DNA of 64,000 nucleotides from Candidatus Spongiisociaceae bacterium (GTDB lineage Bacteria; Actinomycetota; Acidimicrobiia; Spongiisociales; Spongiisociaceae): NCBI GenBank assembly GCA_965213975.1, contig CBDCAR010000001.1, positions 32,134 to 96,133 of the forward strand, read 5' to 3'. Shown piece by piece: positions 16,364 to 26,200 of this stretch (position 1 is its first letter; each line of letters starts with the position of its first letter). The notes under the pieces were generated by a model. It saw only the letters and a program-made list of their open reading frames with translations, ran no database searches and was not told where the DNA came from. The position numbers and the translations under genes were made by a program.

Positions 16364-18472
16364 ATGAATGTCGCTACGCACCACCAACTGGCCGGGTTCA
16401 TCTGGCGTATCTGCAATCTGCTGCGAGGGCCGTTCAAGCCCAAAGAGTACGGTGATGTGATCCTGCCTCTCACCGTACTGAGGCGTTTCGACTGTGTGCT
16501 GGCACCCACTAAGACGGCTGTCCTGGAAGCCGACAGGGAGTACAGCGAGCAGATAGACACCGTGCGCCGTCACCACCTTGAGAACGCAGCGGGTGTGCCG
16601 TTCTATAACACATCGCCGCTGGGTTTCGAGCAGTTACTCAACGATCCGAACATGGTCGCTGACAACCTCCACGCCTACATACGGGGCTTCTCCCCGAACG
16701 TTCGGGACATCATGGACAGGTTCGGGCTGGGCGAACACATCGCCCGTATGGACGAACGCGGCATCCTGTACGAGGTTGTCCGGCAGTTCGCCCGCGTCGA
16801 TCTGTCACCGGACCGTGTCGACAACATCCAGATGGGCTACGTCTTTGAGGAACTGATTCGGGTCGGCGCGGAACACTCCAAGGACGAAGCGGGGGACCAC
16901 TTCACGCCCCGAGAGGTAATCCGGCTCATGGTCAGCCTGCTGCTGTCGCCGGAACCCGACCTCGGCAAGGGGTACACCATCAAGAAGATCTACGACCCCT
17001 CCTGCGGGACCGGGGGGATGCTCTCCGCCGCGGATGCCTACCTGCGGGAACACAACAGCGAGTCGAAGCCGCTGCTCTTCGGCCAGGACTGGAATCCCGA
17101 GTCATGGGCGGTCTGCAAGTCCGACATGCTGATCAAGGGCGACGACGCAGACCGCATCATCTTGGGAGACACGTTTGTCGAGGACGGCTACAGGTACCGG
17201 AACGACGGTAGCCGCTGGACCTTCGACTACATGCTTGCGAATCCACCGTTCGGCGTGGAATGGAAGGTACAGAAACAGTTCATCGAAGACGAGCACAAGA
17301 CCCTCGGCTATGACGGCCGCTTCGGGGCCGGACTCCCGGCTGTCACAGACGGATCGCTGCTGTTCCTCCAACACATGCTCTCGAAGATGGAGCCCGTGGA
17401 CAGACACGGCGCTGGCGGCAGCCGGATCGCCATCGTCTTCAACGGCTCACCGCTCTTCGCCGGGGGTGCTGGCCGCGGGGCGAACCGCATACGACGCTGG
17501 ATCATCGAGAACGATTGGCTCGAAGCCATCGTCGCGTTACCCGACCAGATGTTCTACAACACCCCCATCTCCACCTACATCTGGGTGCTCACCAACCGCA
17601 AAGAGCCCCACCGGGTGGGGAAGGTGCAGCTCATCGACGGTCGGCAGTTCTTCGTCACGATGCGCAAGAGCCTCGGCCAGAAACGCCACGAACTCTCCGA
17701 AGAACAGATCGACGACCTCACCCGCATCCACGGCACCTTCGTGGACGGAGAAACCCGGGACCTCACCGACGAGGACCCTGTCACTCATCAGCCGCGCACA
17801 AGACCCCGCGTGGTAAGCAAGATATTCGACAACGACGACTTCGGATACCGCGAAGTGACCGTGAAACGGCCGCTACGCCTGAACTTCGCGGCCACCCCCG
17901 AACGGATCGCCCGAATCGAGGGGCAGACCAAGTTCCAGAATCTTGCCAAGAGCAGGAAACGTCCCGGCCCGGCCCGCGACACCCAAATAGAAGCCGGACG
18001 TGAACAGCAGGACCAGATACGCGGCCTGCTCCACACTCTCGCCCAGACAACCGAAGGTGCCATCACCCGCGACCGCCAAGCGTTCCTCAACCTGCTCTCC
18101 GACACCGCCAACAAGGCTGGCGTCCGGCTGCTGGCACCACATCGCGCAGCCATACTCGCAGCACTCGGAGAACGGGACCCACAGGCCAGCATCTGCCGAG
18201 ACCGCCACGGCAACCCCGAACCAGACCCCACCCTGCAGCGCACCGAAACGGTTCCCCTGAACACCGACGTCGACGACCACATCGAACGCGAAGTCCTACC
18301 ACACTTCCCCAACGCCTGGGTAGACCACCCCGCAGAAAAGATCGGATACGAGATCCCCCTCAACCGCCACTTCTACGTCTACGAACCACCACGCCCCCTC
18401 AGCCGCATCAAAACCGACCTCGTACAACTAGAAACCAACATCGTCCGACTACTCGCAGAACTCAACGAATGA
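16364..18472 (+). CDS. hsdM: Type I RM methyltransferase subunit
   Basis: FIWRICNLLRG, DHFTPREVI, YDPSCGTGGML, ANPPFG. Confidence 0.96.
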   Translation: MNVATHHQLAGFIWRICNLLRGPFKPKEYGDVILPLTVLRRFDCVLAPTKTAVLEADREYSEQIDTVRRHHLENAAGVPFYNTSPLGFEQLLNDPNMVADNLHAYIRGFSPNVRDIMDRFGLGEHIARMDERGILYEVVRQFARVDLSPDRVDNIQMGYVFEELIRVGAEHSKDEAGDHFTPREVIRLMVSLLLSPEPDLGKGYTIKKIYDPSCGTGGMLSAADAYLREHNSESKPLLFGQDWNPESWAVCKSDMLIKGDDADRIILGDTFVEDGYRYRNDGSRWTFDYMLANPPFGVEWKVQKQFIEDEHKTLGYDGRFGAGLPAVTDGSLLFLQHMLSKMEPVDRHGAGGSRIAIVFNGSPLFAGGAGRGANRIRRWIIENDWLEAIVALPDQMFYNTPISTYIWVLTNRKEPHRVGKVQLIDGRQFFVTMRKSLGQKRHELSEEQIDDLTRIHGTFVDGETRDLTDEDPVTHQPRTRPRVVSKIFDNDDFGYREVTVKRPLRLNFAATPERIARIEGQTKFQNLAKSRKRPGPARDTQIEAGREQQDQIRGLLHTLAQTTEGAITRDRQAFLNLLSDTANKAGVRLLAPHRAAILAALGERDPQASICRDRHGNPEPDPTLQRTETVPLNTDVDDHIEREVLPHFPNAWVDHPAEKIGYEIPLNRHFYVYEPPRPLSRIKTDLVQLETNIVRLLAELNE

Positions 18473-19874
18473 CAAACGCATACCCCCAATACCGTGACTC
18501 AGGTGTGGAATGGCTCGGACGGATACCCGAACACTGGGACGTCGGAACGGTTGAACAATGGACGATACGTTGACCTGGCAAACGATCCGTCTCGAAGCAG
18601 TTGCACCACGAATGTCAGAGACTATTGATCCCCGTCTCCTCGGCGACAGGGTGGTCGAGCACTACAGCATTCCCTCTCTAGAGAAGACCGGCAAACCGGA
18701 GGCGGTTCTTGCCGCCCACATCAGGAGCGGGAAGCAACTGCTCAGGGGTGGGGAGGTAATGGTGTCTCGCTTGAATCCGCGGAAAGCGCGAGTGATCGCC
18801 GTGCCTACGGTCCGTGATGTTGCGCTCGCAAGTGGAGAGTTCGTGATTCTCGCCCCCCTAGGCATTGAGCCGCGATTCCTTACCTACGTGCTGCTGAACG
18901 AAGAGGTTCGACAGTATCTCGACTCGCGAGTGCAGTCCGTAACCAGAAGTCATCAACGAGTCCGGCCGGAAGTAATTATGACGATGCAGGTACGAGTCCC
19001 CGGCCCGTCAGAGCAGAGGGCCGTCGCGGCGTTCTTGGACCGTGAGACGGCCAGGGTGGACGATCTCGTTGGGCAGCAGGAGCAGTTGCTTGAACGGCTA
19101 GCGGAGTACCGGACAGCCCTGATCGCCAACACGGTGACACGGGGGCTACCACCGGAGGCAGCCATAGCCGCGGGTCTCGACCCCCACCCTCACTACCGTG
19201 ACTCGGGCGTGGAGTGGCTCGGTCGGATACCCGAGCACTGGGAGGCGCGGGAGCTGGGCCGGATGGGGTCGTTCTTCAAGGGCAAGGGCGGCACCAAGAA
19301 GGACGCAATAGAGGGGGGCGTCCCGTGCATTCGCTACGGTGATCTCTTCAGCTATGAATACCACATACGGAGCAGCCGCGCTGGGATACCCAAGGAGAAG
19401 ACGTCCGACTACCGCCTCATCGAGCAGGGAGATGTCCTATTTGCTGGGTCGAGCGTCGCTCCAAAGAGGATTGGGAAGTCAGCAGTCAATCTCATCGCTG
19501 GGACTGTGTACTGCGGCGGTGACGTAATTGTGTTCAGACCACTTGTTGATACAGACGCGCGCTTCATGGGCTACGCAGCACACTCTCACCCATCGGCCTC
19601 CCAGAAACTCACCATGAGCAGGGTAGTTACCGTTGCCCATATCTATGGCGCTCAACTCCAGCACATGGTGCTACCTATTCCACCACTCGAAGAGCAGCGG
19701 GCCATTGCCACGTTTCTCGATCGGAGAATGACGAAGCTTGATGAACTCGTGTCACAAGTGGAGGGGGCCGTTGAGCGGTTGTTGGAGTATCGGTCGGCGC
19801 TGATTACTCATGCGGTGACGGGGAAGATGGATGTGCGTGGGTCGGTGGCGCACGCTGGGGCTGGTGGGAGATGA
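18469..19874 (+). CDS. hsdS: Type I RM specificity subunit with a 41-bp frameshifting insertion near the 5' end (ORF resumes at ATG 18558)
   Basis: Two YRDSGVEWLGRIPEHW conserved blocks (18490, 19194), two TRDs, EQRAIATFLD helices; stop at 18571-18573 in the native-start frame. Confidence 0.9.
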
Positions 19875-22800
19875 ACGGTCAGGCTACTGAGCGTGCGTTT
19901 GAGGCGGCTGTGGAGTCGATGCTGCTCGGGGGTGGCTGGGTCCGGGGGGATCGGTCTGGCTGGGACGTGGGGTTGGGGTTGTTCCCGGATCGGGTTGTCG
20001 ACTTTGTGAGGGCTGCCCAGCCGGAGTTGTGGGAACAGACGGCAGCGTATGCCGGTGACGACATGGCGAGATTGATGGTCGAGCGGTTGGGTCGGGAGCT
20101 TGATACGAAGGGGACGCTCAAGGTGTTGCGTAGGGGGTTCCGGTTCTATGGGAAGACGTTCCGTGTCGCGTCGTTCCGTCCTGCGCATGATCTGAACCGG
20201 GAACTGGTCGAGCTGTTTGAGCGGAACGAGCTTTCGGTCACGAGACAGGTTCGATGCCATCCGGGCAGCCGCGAGACGGTGGACATGGTGTTCGCGTTGA
20301 ACGGGGTGCCGGTGGCGACATGTGAGCTTAAGAACCCGATGACTGGCACGACTTGGCGGGACGCGGTCAGACAGTACGAGCGGGACCGTGTCCCGGATGC
20401 TCCGTTGTTCCGGTTCTCGAAGCGGGCGCTGGTTCACTTCGCCGCGGATCCTGACGAGATACATATGACCACCCGTCTGGCGGGGGAGAAGACCAGGTTT
20501 CTTCCGTTCAACCGGGGAAGCCGTCCCGGCGCGGTGCGGTGCGGCGCTGGGAACCCGCAACACGAGTCGGGTTACCGAACCGCCTACTTCTGGCAGGACG
20601 TGCTTGAACGTGGACGGTTCCTTGACATCCTCGGCTCATACATGTTCGTAGAGGAAAGCGAACGGAAGGTGTACGGTGCCGGGGGGGCCCGCATCGTACG
20701 GGACAAGAAGGTCATATTTCCCCGTTACCACCAGCTGGATGCTGTTGAGACACTCGTGGAAGCCGCCCGACGGCAAGGCCCCGGACGCAACTATCTGATC
20801 CAGCATTCGGCAGGAAGCGGCAAGACGAACAGCATCCGCTGGCTGGCTCATCGCCTGTCAACTTTGACCAGTGGGACAGGCGAGAAGGTCTACGACAGTG
20901 TGATCGTGATAAGCGACCGCAAGATCGTTGACAACCAGCTGCGAGACGCGGTCGACCACGACGAAACGGTCGGCGGTGTTGTCGCCGGTATCGACATCGA
21001 CACGCAACAGCTTGCTGAGGCGCTGCGGGACGGGCGGATGATCGTCGTCACGACAGCGCACAAGTTCTCGTTTGTCACCCGGAGTTTGCTGTCCATCGGG
21101 GGTGCCGAGTCGCCTGACGCTCCGACTGAGGAGGAGCTGGCTCTGATAGCGCCGCTACGCCGCCAGATCGCAGGCCGGCGGTACGCGCTGATCGTGGACG
21201 AAGCCCATTCCGGCCAGTCAGGCGAGCGAGCCCGTGCGATCAAAGCAACAGTCGGGTCACGAGCGACACCAGCCGACGACGGAGCCGACGATTGGGAAGA
21301 CCGCCTCAACGCTGTGGTGGAATCCCGCGGTCCGCAGCCCAACATCAGCTTCTACGCGTTCACGGCAACCCCGAAAGCTAAAACCGTAGAGCTGTTCGGA
21401 CAGCCAGGCCCGGACGGCACTCCCAGACCGTTCCATGTGTACAGCATGCGCCAGGCGATTGAGGAGGGGTTCATCCTGGACGTGCTCAGCAACTACACCG
21501 ACTATGACACCTATTACAGGCTCGTCAAGCAGGCCGAAGACGACGAGGAGTTCCCCAGGCGTCGCACCGCGGTCGCTCTGGGGAGGTTCATGTCACTCCA
21601 CCCGTACAACATCGCCCAGAAGACCGAAGTGATCATCGAGCACTTCCGGAACCATGTCCGTTACCGCCTCGAAGGCAGAGCGAAGGCGATGGTGGTCACT
21701 TCGTCGCGTCTCCACGCGGTGCGTTACATGCAGGCGTTCCAACGCTACATCGACGAGCGGGACTACACCGACGTGCATCCGCTTGTCGCGTTCAGCGGCA
21801 CTGTCCACGATCCCGACACCGGGGCCGAGTACACCGAACCGCGCATGAACATCGACCGGGTGACGCAGACACCGATCCCCGAGACGGCGCTGCCCGCACG
21901 CTTCGACAGTCCCGACTACCAGATCCTCCTCGTAGCGAACAAATATCAGACCGGCTTCAACCAGCCGCTACTACAGGCCATGTATGTGGACAAACGACTC
22001 GACGGCGTCCAAGCCGTTCAGACACTCTCCCGCCTGAACAGGCTCATCCCCGGCAAGAGCGCCCCGTTCGTGCTCGACTTCGTCAACGACCCCGAAGACA
22101 TCCGGCAGGCGTTCGCTCCCTACTTCGACGCGACCCAGCTGCGGCAGCCGACCGACCCGTACCAGCTGGACCGGCTGAAACACGAACTCGACGAAAGCTA
22201 CGTCTACCGCCAAACGGAAGTGGACGCATTCGCCCGGGCGTTCTACGCCCCGGCCGGCGACAACCGGATGGGTAGCCACGCTCGCCTACAAGCACATCTG
22301 CAGCCAGCCCGCGACAGGTTCGGAAGGCTCAGCGACGACCAGCAGGCGGCGTTCACGGACAGGGTCGGCGCGTTCGTAAACCTGTACGCCTTCCTCAGCC
22401 AGATCATCCCCTACGCAGACTCCGAACTTGAACAGCTGTCCGCGTTCGGTCGTGCACTGGTCCCATACCTGCGGGCGGACCAGCAACGCGAAACGGTACG
22501 CCTCGGCGACGCTGTCGAGTTGGAGTACTACCGGCTGCAGCAGGTCTCGTCGGGAACGATCCAACTCGGAGACGACGACGCACAGGTTGCGGGTCCCAGC
22601 GCGGTAGGCACCGGCACACCCGACGAACCCACCGCACCGCTGTCGGAGATCATCCAGCAGCTCAACGACCGGTTCGGTACGAGCTTCACAGAAACAGATC
22701 GCCTGTTCTTCGAGCAGATAGAGCGGGCCGCGGTAGAAGTGGACTACGTACGCCGCATAGCCCTAGCCAACAACTTCGAGAGGTTCGTCCTCGGCATCCG

Positions 22801-22966
22801 AGACCAGATACGCAACGTCATAATCGACCGCATGGCAGACAACGATGCGATAGCAACCAGATGGCTCAACGACCCAGACTTTGAACAGATCGTATCCTCC
22901 GGACTCCTACGAAGCATCTACGACACCATCCGGACCCAAGAACCCACATTGGGTCTCGACATATGA
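19871..22966 (+). CDS. hsdR: Type I RM restriction subunit
   Basis: CELKNP, QHSAGSGKT, IVDEAHSGQ, FTATPK, KYQTGFNQP, QTLSRLNR. Confidence 0.96.
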   Translation: MNGQATERAFEAAVESMLLGGGWVRGDRSGWDVGLGLFPDRVVDFVRAAQPELWEQTAAYAGDDMARLMVERLGRELDTKGTLKVLRRGFRFYGKTFRVASFRPAHDLNRELVELFERNELSVTRQVRCHPGSRETVDMVFALNGVPVATCELKNPMTGTTWRDAVRQYERDRVPDAPLFRFSKRALVHFAADPDEIHMTTRLAGEKTRFLPFNRGSRPGAVRCGAGNPQHESGYRTAYFWQDVLERGRFLDILGSYMFVEESERKVYGAGGARIVRDKKVIFPRYHQLDAVETLVEAARRQGPGRNYLIQHSAGSGKTNSIRWLAHRLSTLTSGTGEKVYDSVIVISDRKIVDNQLRDAVDHDETVGGVVAGIDIDTQQLAEALRDGRMIVVTTAHKFSFVTRSLLSIGGAESPDAPTEEELALIAPLRRQIAGRRYALIVDEAHSGQSGERARAIKATVGSRATPADDGADDWEDRLNAVVESRGPQPNISFYAFTATPKAKTVELFGQPGPDGTPRPFHVYSMRQAIEEGFILDVLSNYTDYDTYYRLVKQAEDDEEFPRRRTAVALGRFMSLHPYNIAQKTEVIIEHFRNHVRYRLEGRAKAMVVTSSRLHAVRYMQAFQRYIDERDYTDVHPLVAFSGTVHDPDTGAEYTEPRMNIDRVTQTPIPETALPARFDSPDYQILLVANKYQTGFNQPLLQAMYVDKRLDGVQAVQTLSRLNRLIPGKSAPFVLDFVNDPEDIRQAFAPYFDATQLRQPTDPYQLDRLKHELDESYVYRQTEVDAFARAFYAPAGDNRMGSHARLQAHLQPARDRFGRLSDDQQAAFTDRVGAFVNLYAFLSQIIPYADSELEQLSAFGRALVPYLRADQQRETVRLGDAVELEYYRLQQVSSGTIQLGDDDAQVAGPSAVGTGTPDEPTAPLSEIIQQLNDRFGTSFTETDRLFFEQIERAAVEVDYVRRIALANNFERFVLGIRDQIRNVIIDRMADNDAIATRWLNDPDFEQIVSSGLLRSIYDTIRTQEPTLGLDI

Positions 22967-22973
22967 CAGTAAG

Positions 22974-23032
22974 TTGCCTACTGATACCGCGGTATACCCA
23001 AGCAGTATGAGGGCTAGCGGTACAGCGCCTTT
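22974..23032 (-). pseudogene. 59-bp remnant homologous to the membrane-protein gene at 32298-32356
   Basis: KGAVPLALILLGYTAVSVG vs KGVVPLALVLLGYALLSVG; ungapped nucleotide alignment. Confidence 0.7.
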
Positions 23033-23231
23033 GATACCCGGGTCCGTCCAACCAGCAGCCCTGCAAACCCCCGGTTGTACGCGCAGGAGCATGTCGGGTA
23101 TGTCACCCCGTACGCGTATCGGCGAGGGTCCCGTCCAGGTTCCCTAGCATCCATAACCCGAACCGTTCCCCTAAGGGGTACGACTTCAGGGTCCTAGTTT
23201 ATCTGGGCCGGTTGACACCGGATAGCTACGC

Positions 23232-26200
23232 TTGGTGTTGTTAGCGCGCGCAGGGACAGATGGCAGCCGTTCAGGGATCGCTTCAGTGAAATACCTGGTG
23301 GGAGAGGTCGGGTCGGGTGGTTGTCCTATCACTGACGACTGCGTGTTCGTCGACCTGGAAACCGTTCCTGGAAGCCGCGAGGCGGGCCGCCCCCGTGTGG
23401 TGGCGTTGGCGGGCCTCTACCGGGACCGCGAGTTGACCCGCAGGATTCGGTCGGCGGGGCAGGCTCGTCAGGCGATGGACGACTTAGCTGAACTTGCGGG
23501 CGACGCCCGCTTCGTGGCGGGACATAACATCGTTGCCCATGATCGCCGTTTCGTTGAGGGGATAGTCCCGTCGTCTCCGCTGCTCAGATTACGGTCGGTG
23601 GACACGCTGTTTCTGTCGCCGCTGGCTTTCCCGCGCCGCCCGTATCACAAGCTTGTGAAGGACTACAAGCTGGTGGGCGCGGAGCGGAGCGACCCTTTGG
23701 AGGACTGCAAACGGAGCCGCGGTCTGCTCGAAGAGTGCTGGTCGCAGCTCGGGCGGTGGGGGAAGGATCACCCGGGTCTACTGGATGTTTACCGGGCGTG
23801 TTTCGATGGGGGCACGGAAGCCGTGTTCGAGAAGCTGGGCGGCCGGAAGATATGGGATTGGGAGATCGAGTCACGGTTCGTTGACCTGGTCGGCAGCCAG
23901 TTCTGCCACTCGGCTGCCCGCACCGAACTCGCCCGCCAGGTCGACGGTGGGGGGCCATACCCCCAGGTTGCGTACGCGTTGGCGTGGCTGCTGGTAGCCG
24001 ACACCGAGTCCGTCCTCCCGCGGTGGGTGCATCACCAGTTCCCGCACACCGGCCGGCTGATACACGCCATCCGCGCCAACCCGTGCGGGGACCGCTCATG
24101 CGCCTACTGCAAGGCTCAGCATGACCCGAACACGAACCTGCAGCGCTTCTTCCAGTTCCCCGAGTTCCGTCGCACGCCTGCCACCCCCGACGGGGGAAGC
24201 CTCCAACAGCGGATCACGGCAACGATGCTCGCAGGCGACCCGTTGTTGGGGATCATGCCGACAGGCGGCGGCAAGTCGCTGTGTTTCCAGCTGCCAGCAA
24301 TCGTCCGCTACAAACAGACCGGGGCTATAACCGTTGTCATCTCGCCGCTCCAGGCGCTGATGAAAGACCAGGTAGACGGCCTGGCGGCTAAGACGGGCAG
24401 CCCGAACCTGGCAGCGACCCTGAACGGAATGCAGACCATGCCCGAGCGCCGCGACACCCTCGAAGGGGTACGCCTAGGCCGGTTCGCGCTCCTCTACGTG
24501 TCCCCCGAGCAGCTACGCAGCACCACCTTCGAGAAGGCGGTCCGCCAGCGGGAGATAGCGGCCTGGGTGTTCGACGAAGCCCACTGTCTGGCCCAGTGGG
24601 GACACGACTTCCGCCCCGACTACCACTACGCGGCACGATTCATCCGCGAGCACTCCGAACGGGAAGGCCACCCGCCAGCCCCAGTCGCCTGCTTCACTGC
24701 CACCGCGACCGCAGACGTCCGCGACGAAATACGCGGCCACTTCACAGCCCAACTCGGACAGGACCTCACGGTCCACGCTTCTGACCGCGTGGACCGTGAC
24801 AACCTGTCGTATCGGGTCGAAGAGGTCAGCACAGCGCAGAAAGAGTCCCGCATCCACGACCTCCTCGCAGACGCCCTCCGCGGCGCCGACGGCACACGGC
24901 TGGACGGAGCAGCGATCGTGTACGCCAGCACCCGCCGCCGAACAGAAGAGCTCGCAGCGGGGCTCCGCAACCGGGGCTGGGCGGCCCTGCACTTCCACGG
25001 CGGCATGGACCCACCCGACAAGAAAACAGTCCAGGAAGCGTTCCTGTCAGCCGACATACCCGTCATCGTGGCCACGAACGCGTTCGGTATGGGCGTAGAC
25101 AAAGACAACGTCCGCGTTGTCATACACGCCGACTGCCCAGCCTCAATCGAGAACTACCTCCAAGAAGCAGGCCGAGCCGGACGGGACGGCCTCCCAGCCG
25201 ACTGTGTGCTGCTGTTCACCAAAGGCGACCTAGACCGCCAGTTCAACCAGCTGGCCCGCAACCAGATGACCAAACGGGACCTGGCGCAGATACTCCGAGC
25301 CATCCGCCGCCAGCGCCGCAAAGACGGCGGCGACATTATCGTCTCCGCCCGCGATCTGCTGCGAGCCCCGGACACGAACACGTCGTTCGACCCAGACGGG
25401 ACCGACGCCGTCACCAAGGTACGGGTAGCCATCTCATGGCTGGAACGTGCCCGCTTCGTACTGAGAGACGAAAACAGAACCCACCTATTCCAAGGAGTAC
25501 CCGCCGCGTCCGACACAGACACCGACAAGACCATCAACAGCTTGGACCTCACCGCCGCGGAGGCCGCGCGGTGGAAGACGACCCTGGCGGTTCTGCGAGG
25601 GGCCGACGAGCGGGCGGGGATCGACATCGACGACCTCGCTGGGCACCCGGCGTTCGCGTCTCTGTTCGAGTCTTTGGAGAACCAGTACGGTGACCATCCG
25701 CGTCTGGTCAACGAAGCAGCCAACCGCGAAATCGTTCGGATGCTCTACCAAATGGGCGACGCTGGGGTACTCAAACGGGGAGTCCACTTCTCGGCCTGGT
25801 TCCGTCACAAGACCACCGACCACTCACACAACCGGCTCGCCCGGCTGCACAAAGCCCAGACCGCCCTCTGCACGATCCTGGACCGCCACTACCCCGACCT
25901 ACGCCGTGGCGGGGAAGCAGAAGTGACCCTCGCGGGTCTGCAAACACATCTACGCAAACGGGACGTGAACCTACTCAACGCAGACCTGCTCACCCTGCTC
26001 AGGGGCTGGGAACGCGGCGGGTTCGGGGAACCCGTCAGCATTAAGACCAACAGGTACGGGTCGGTGCATTTAGGGCTGCGGTCCAGCTGGGATGAGATGC
26101 GCGGCCAGCTCGAACGCCGAACCGAAGTCGGCCGTGTCATCCTCAACGAGCTGGGCAAACTGGCAGACAGCCGCCAACTCAAAGGCGAACAGCTCATCCT

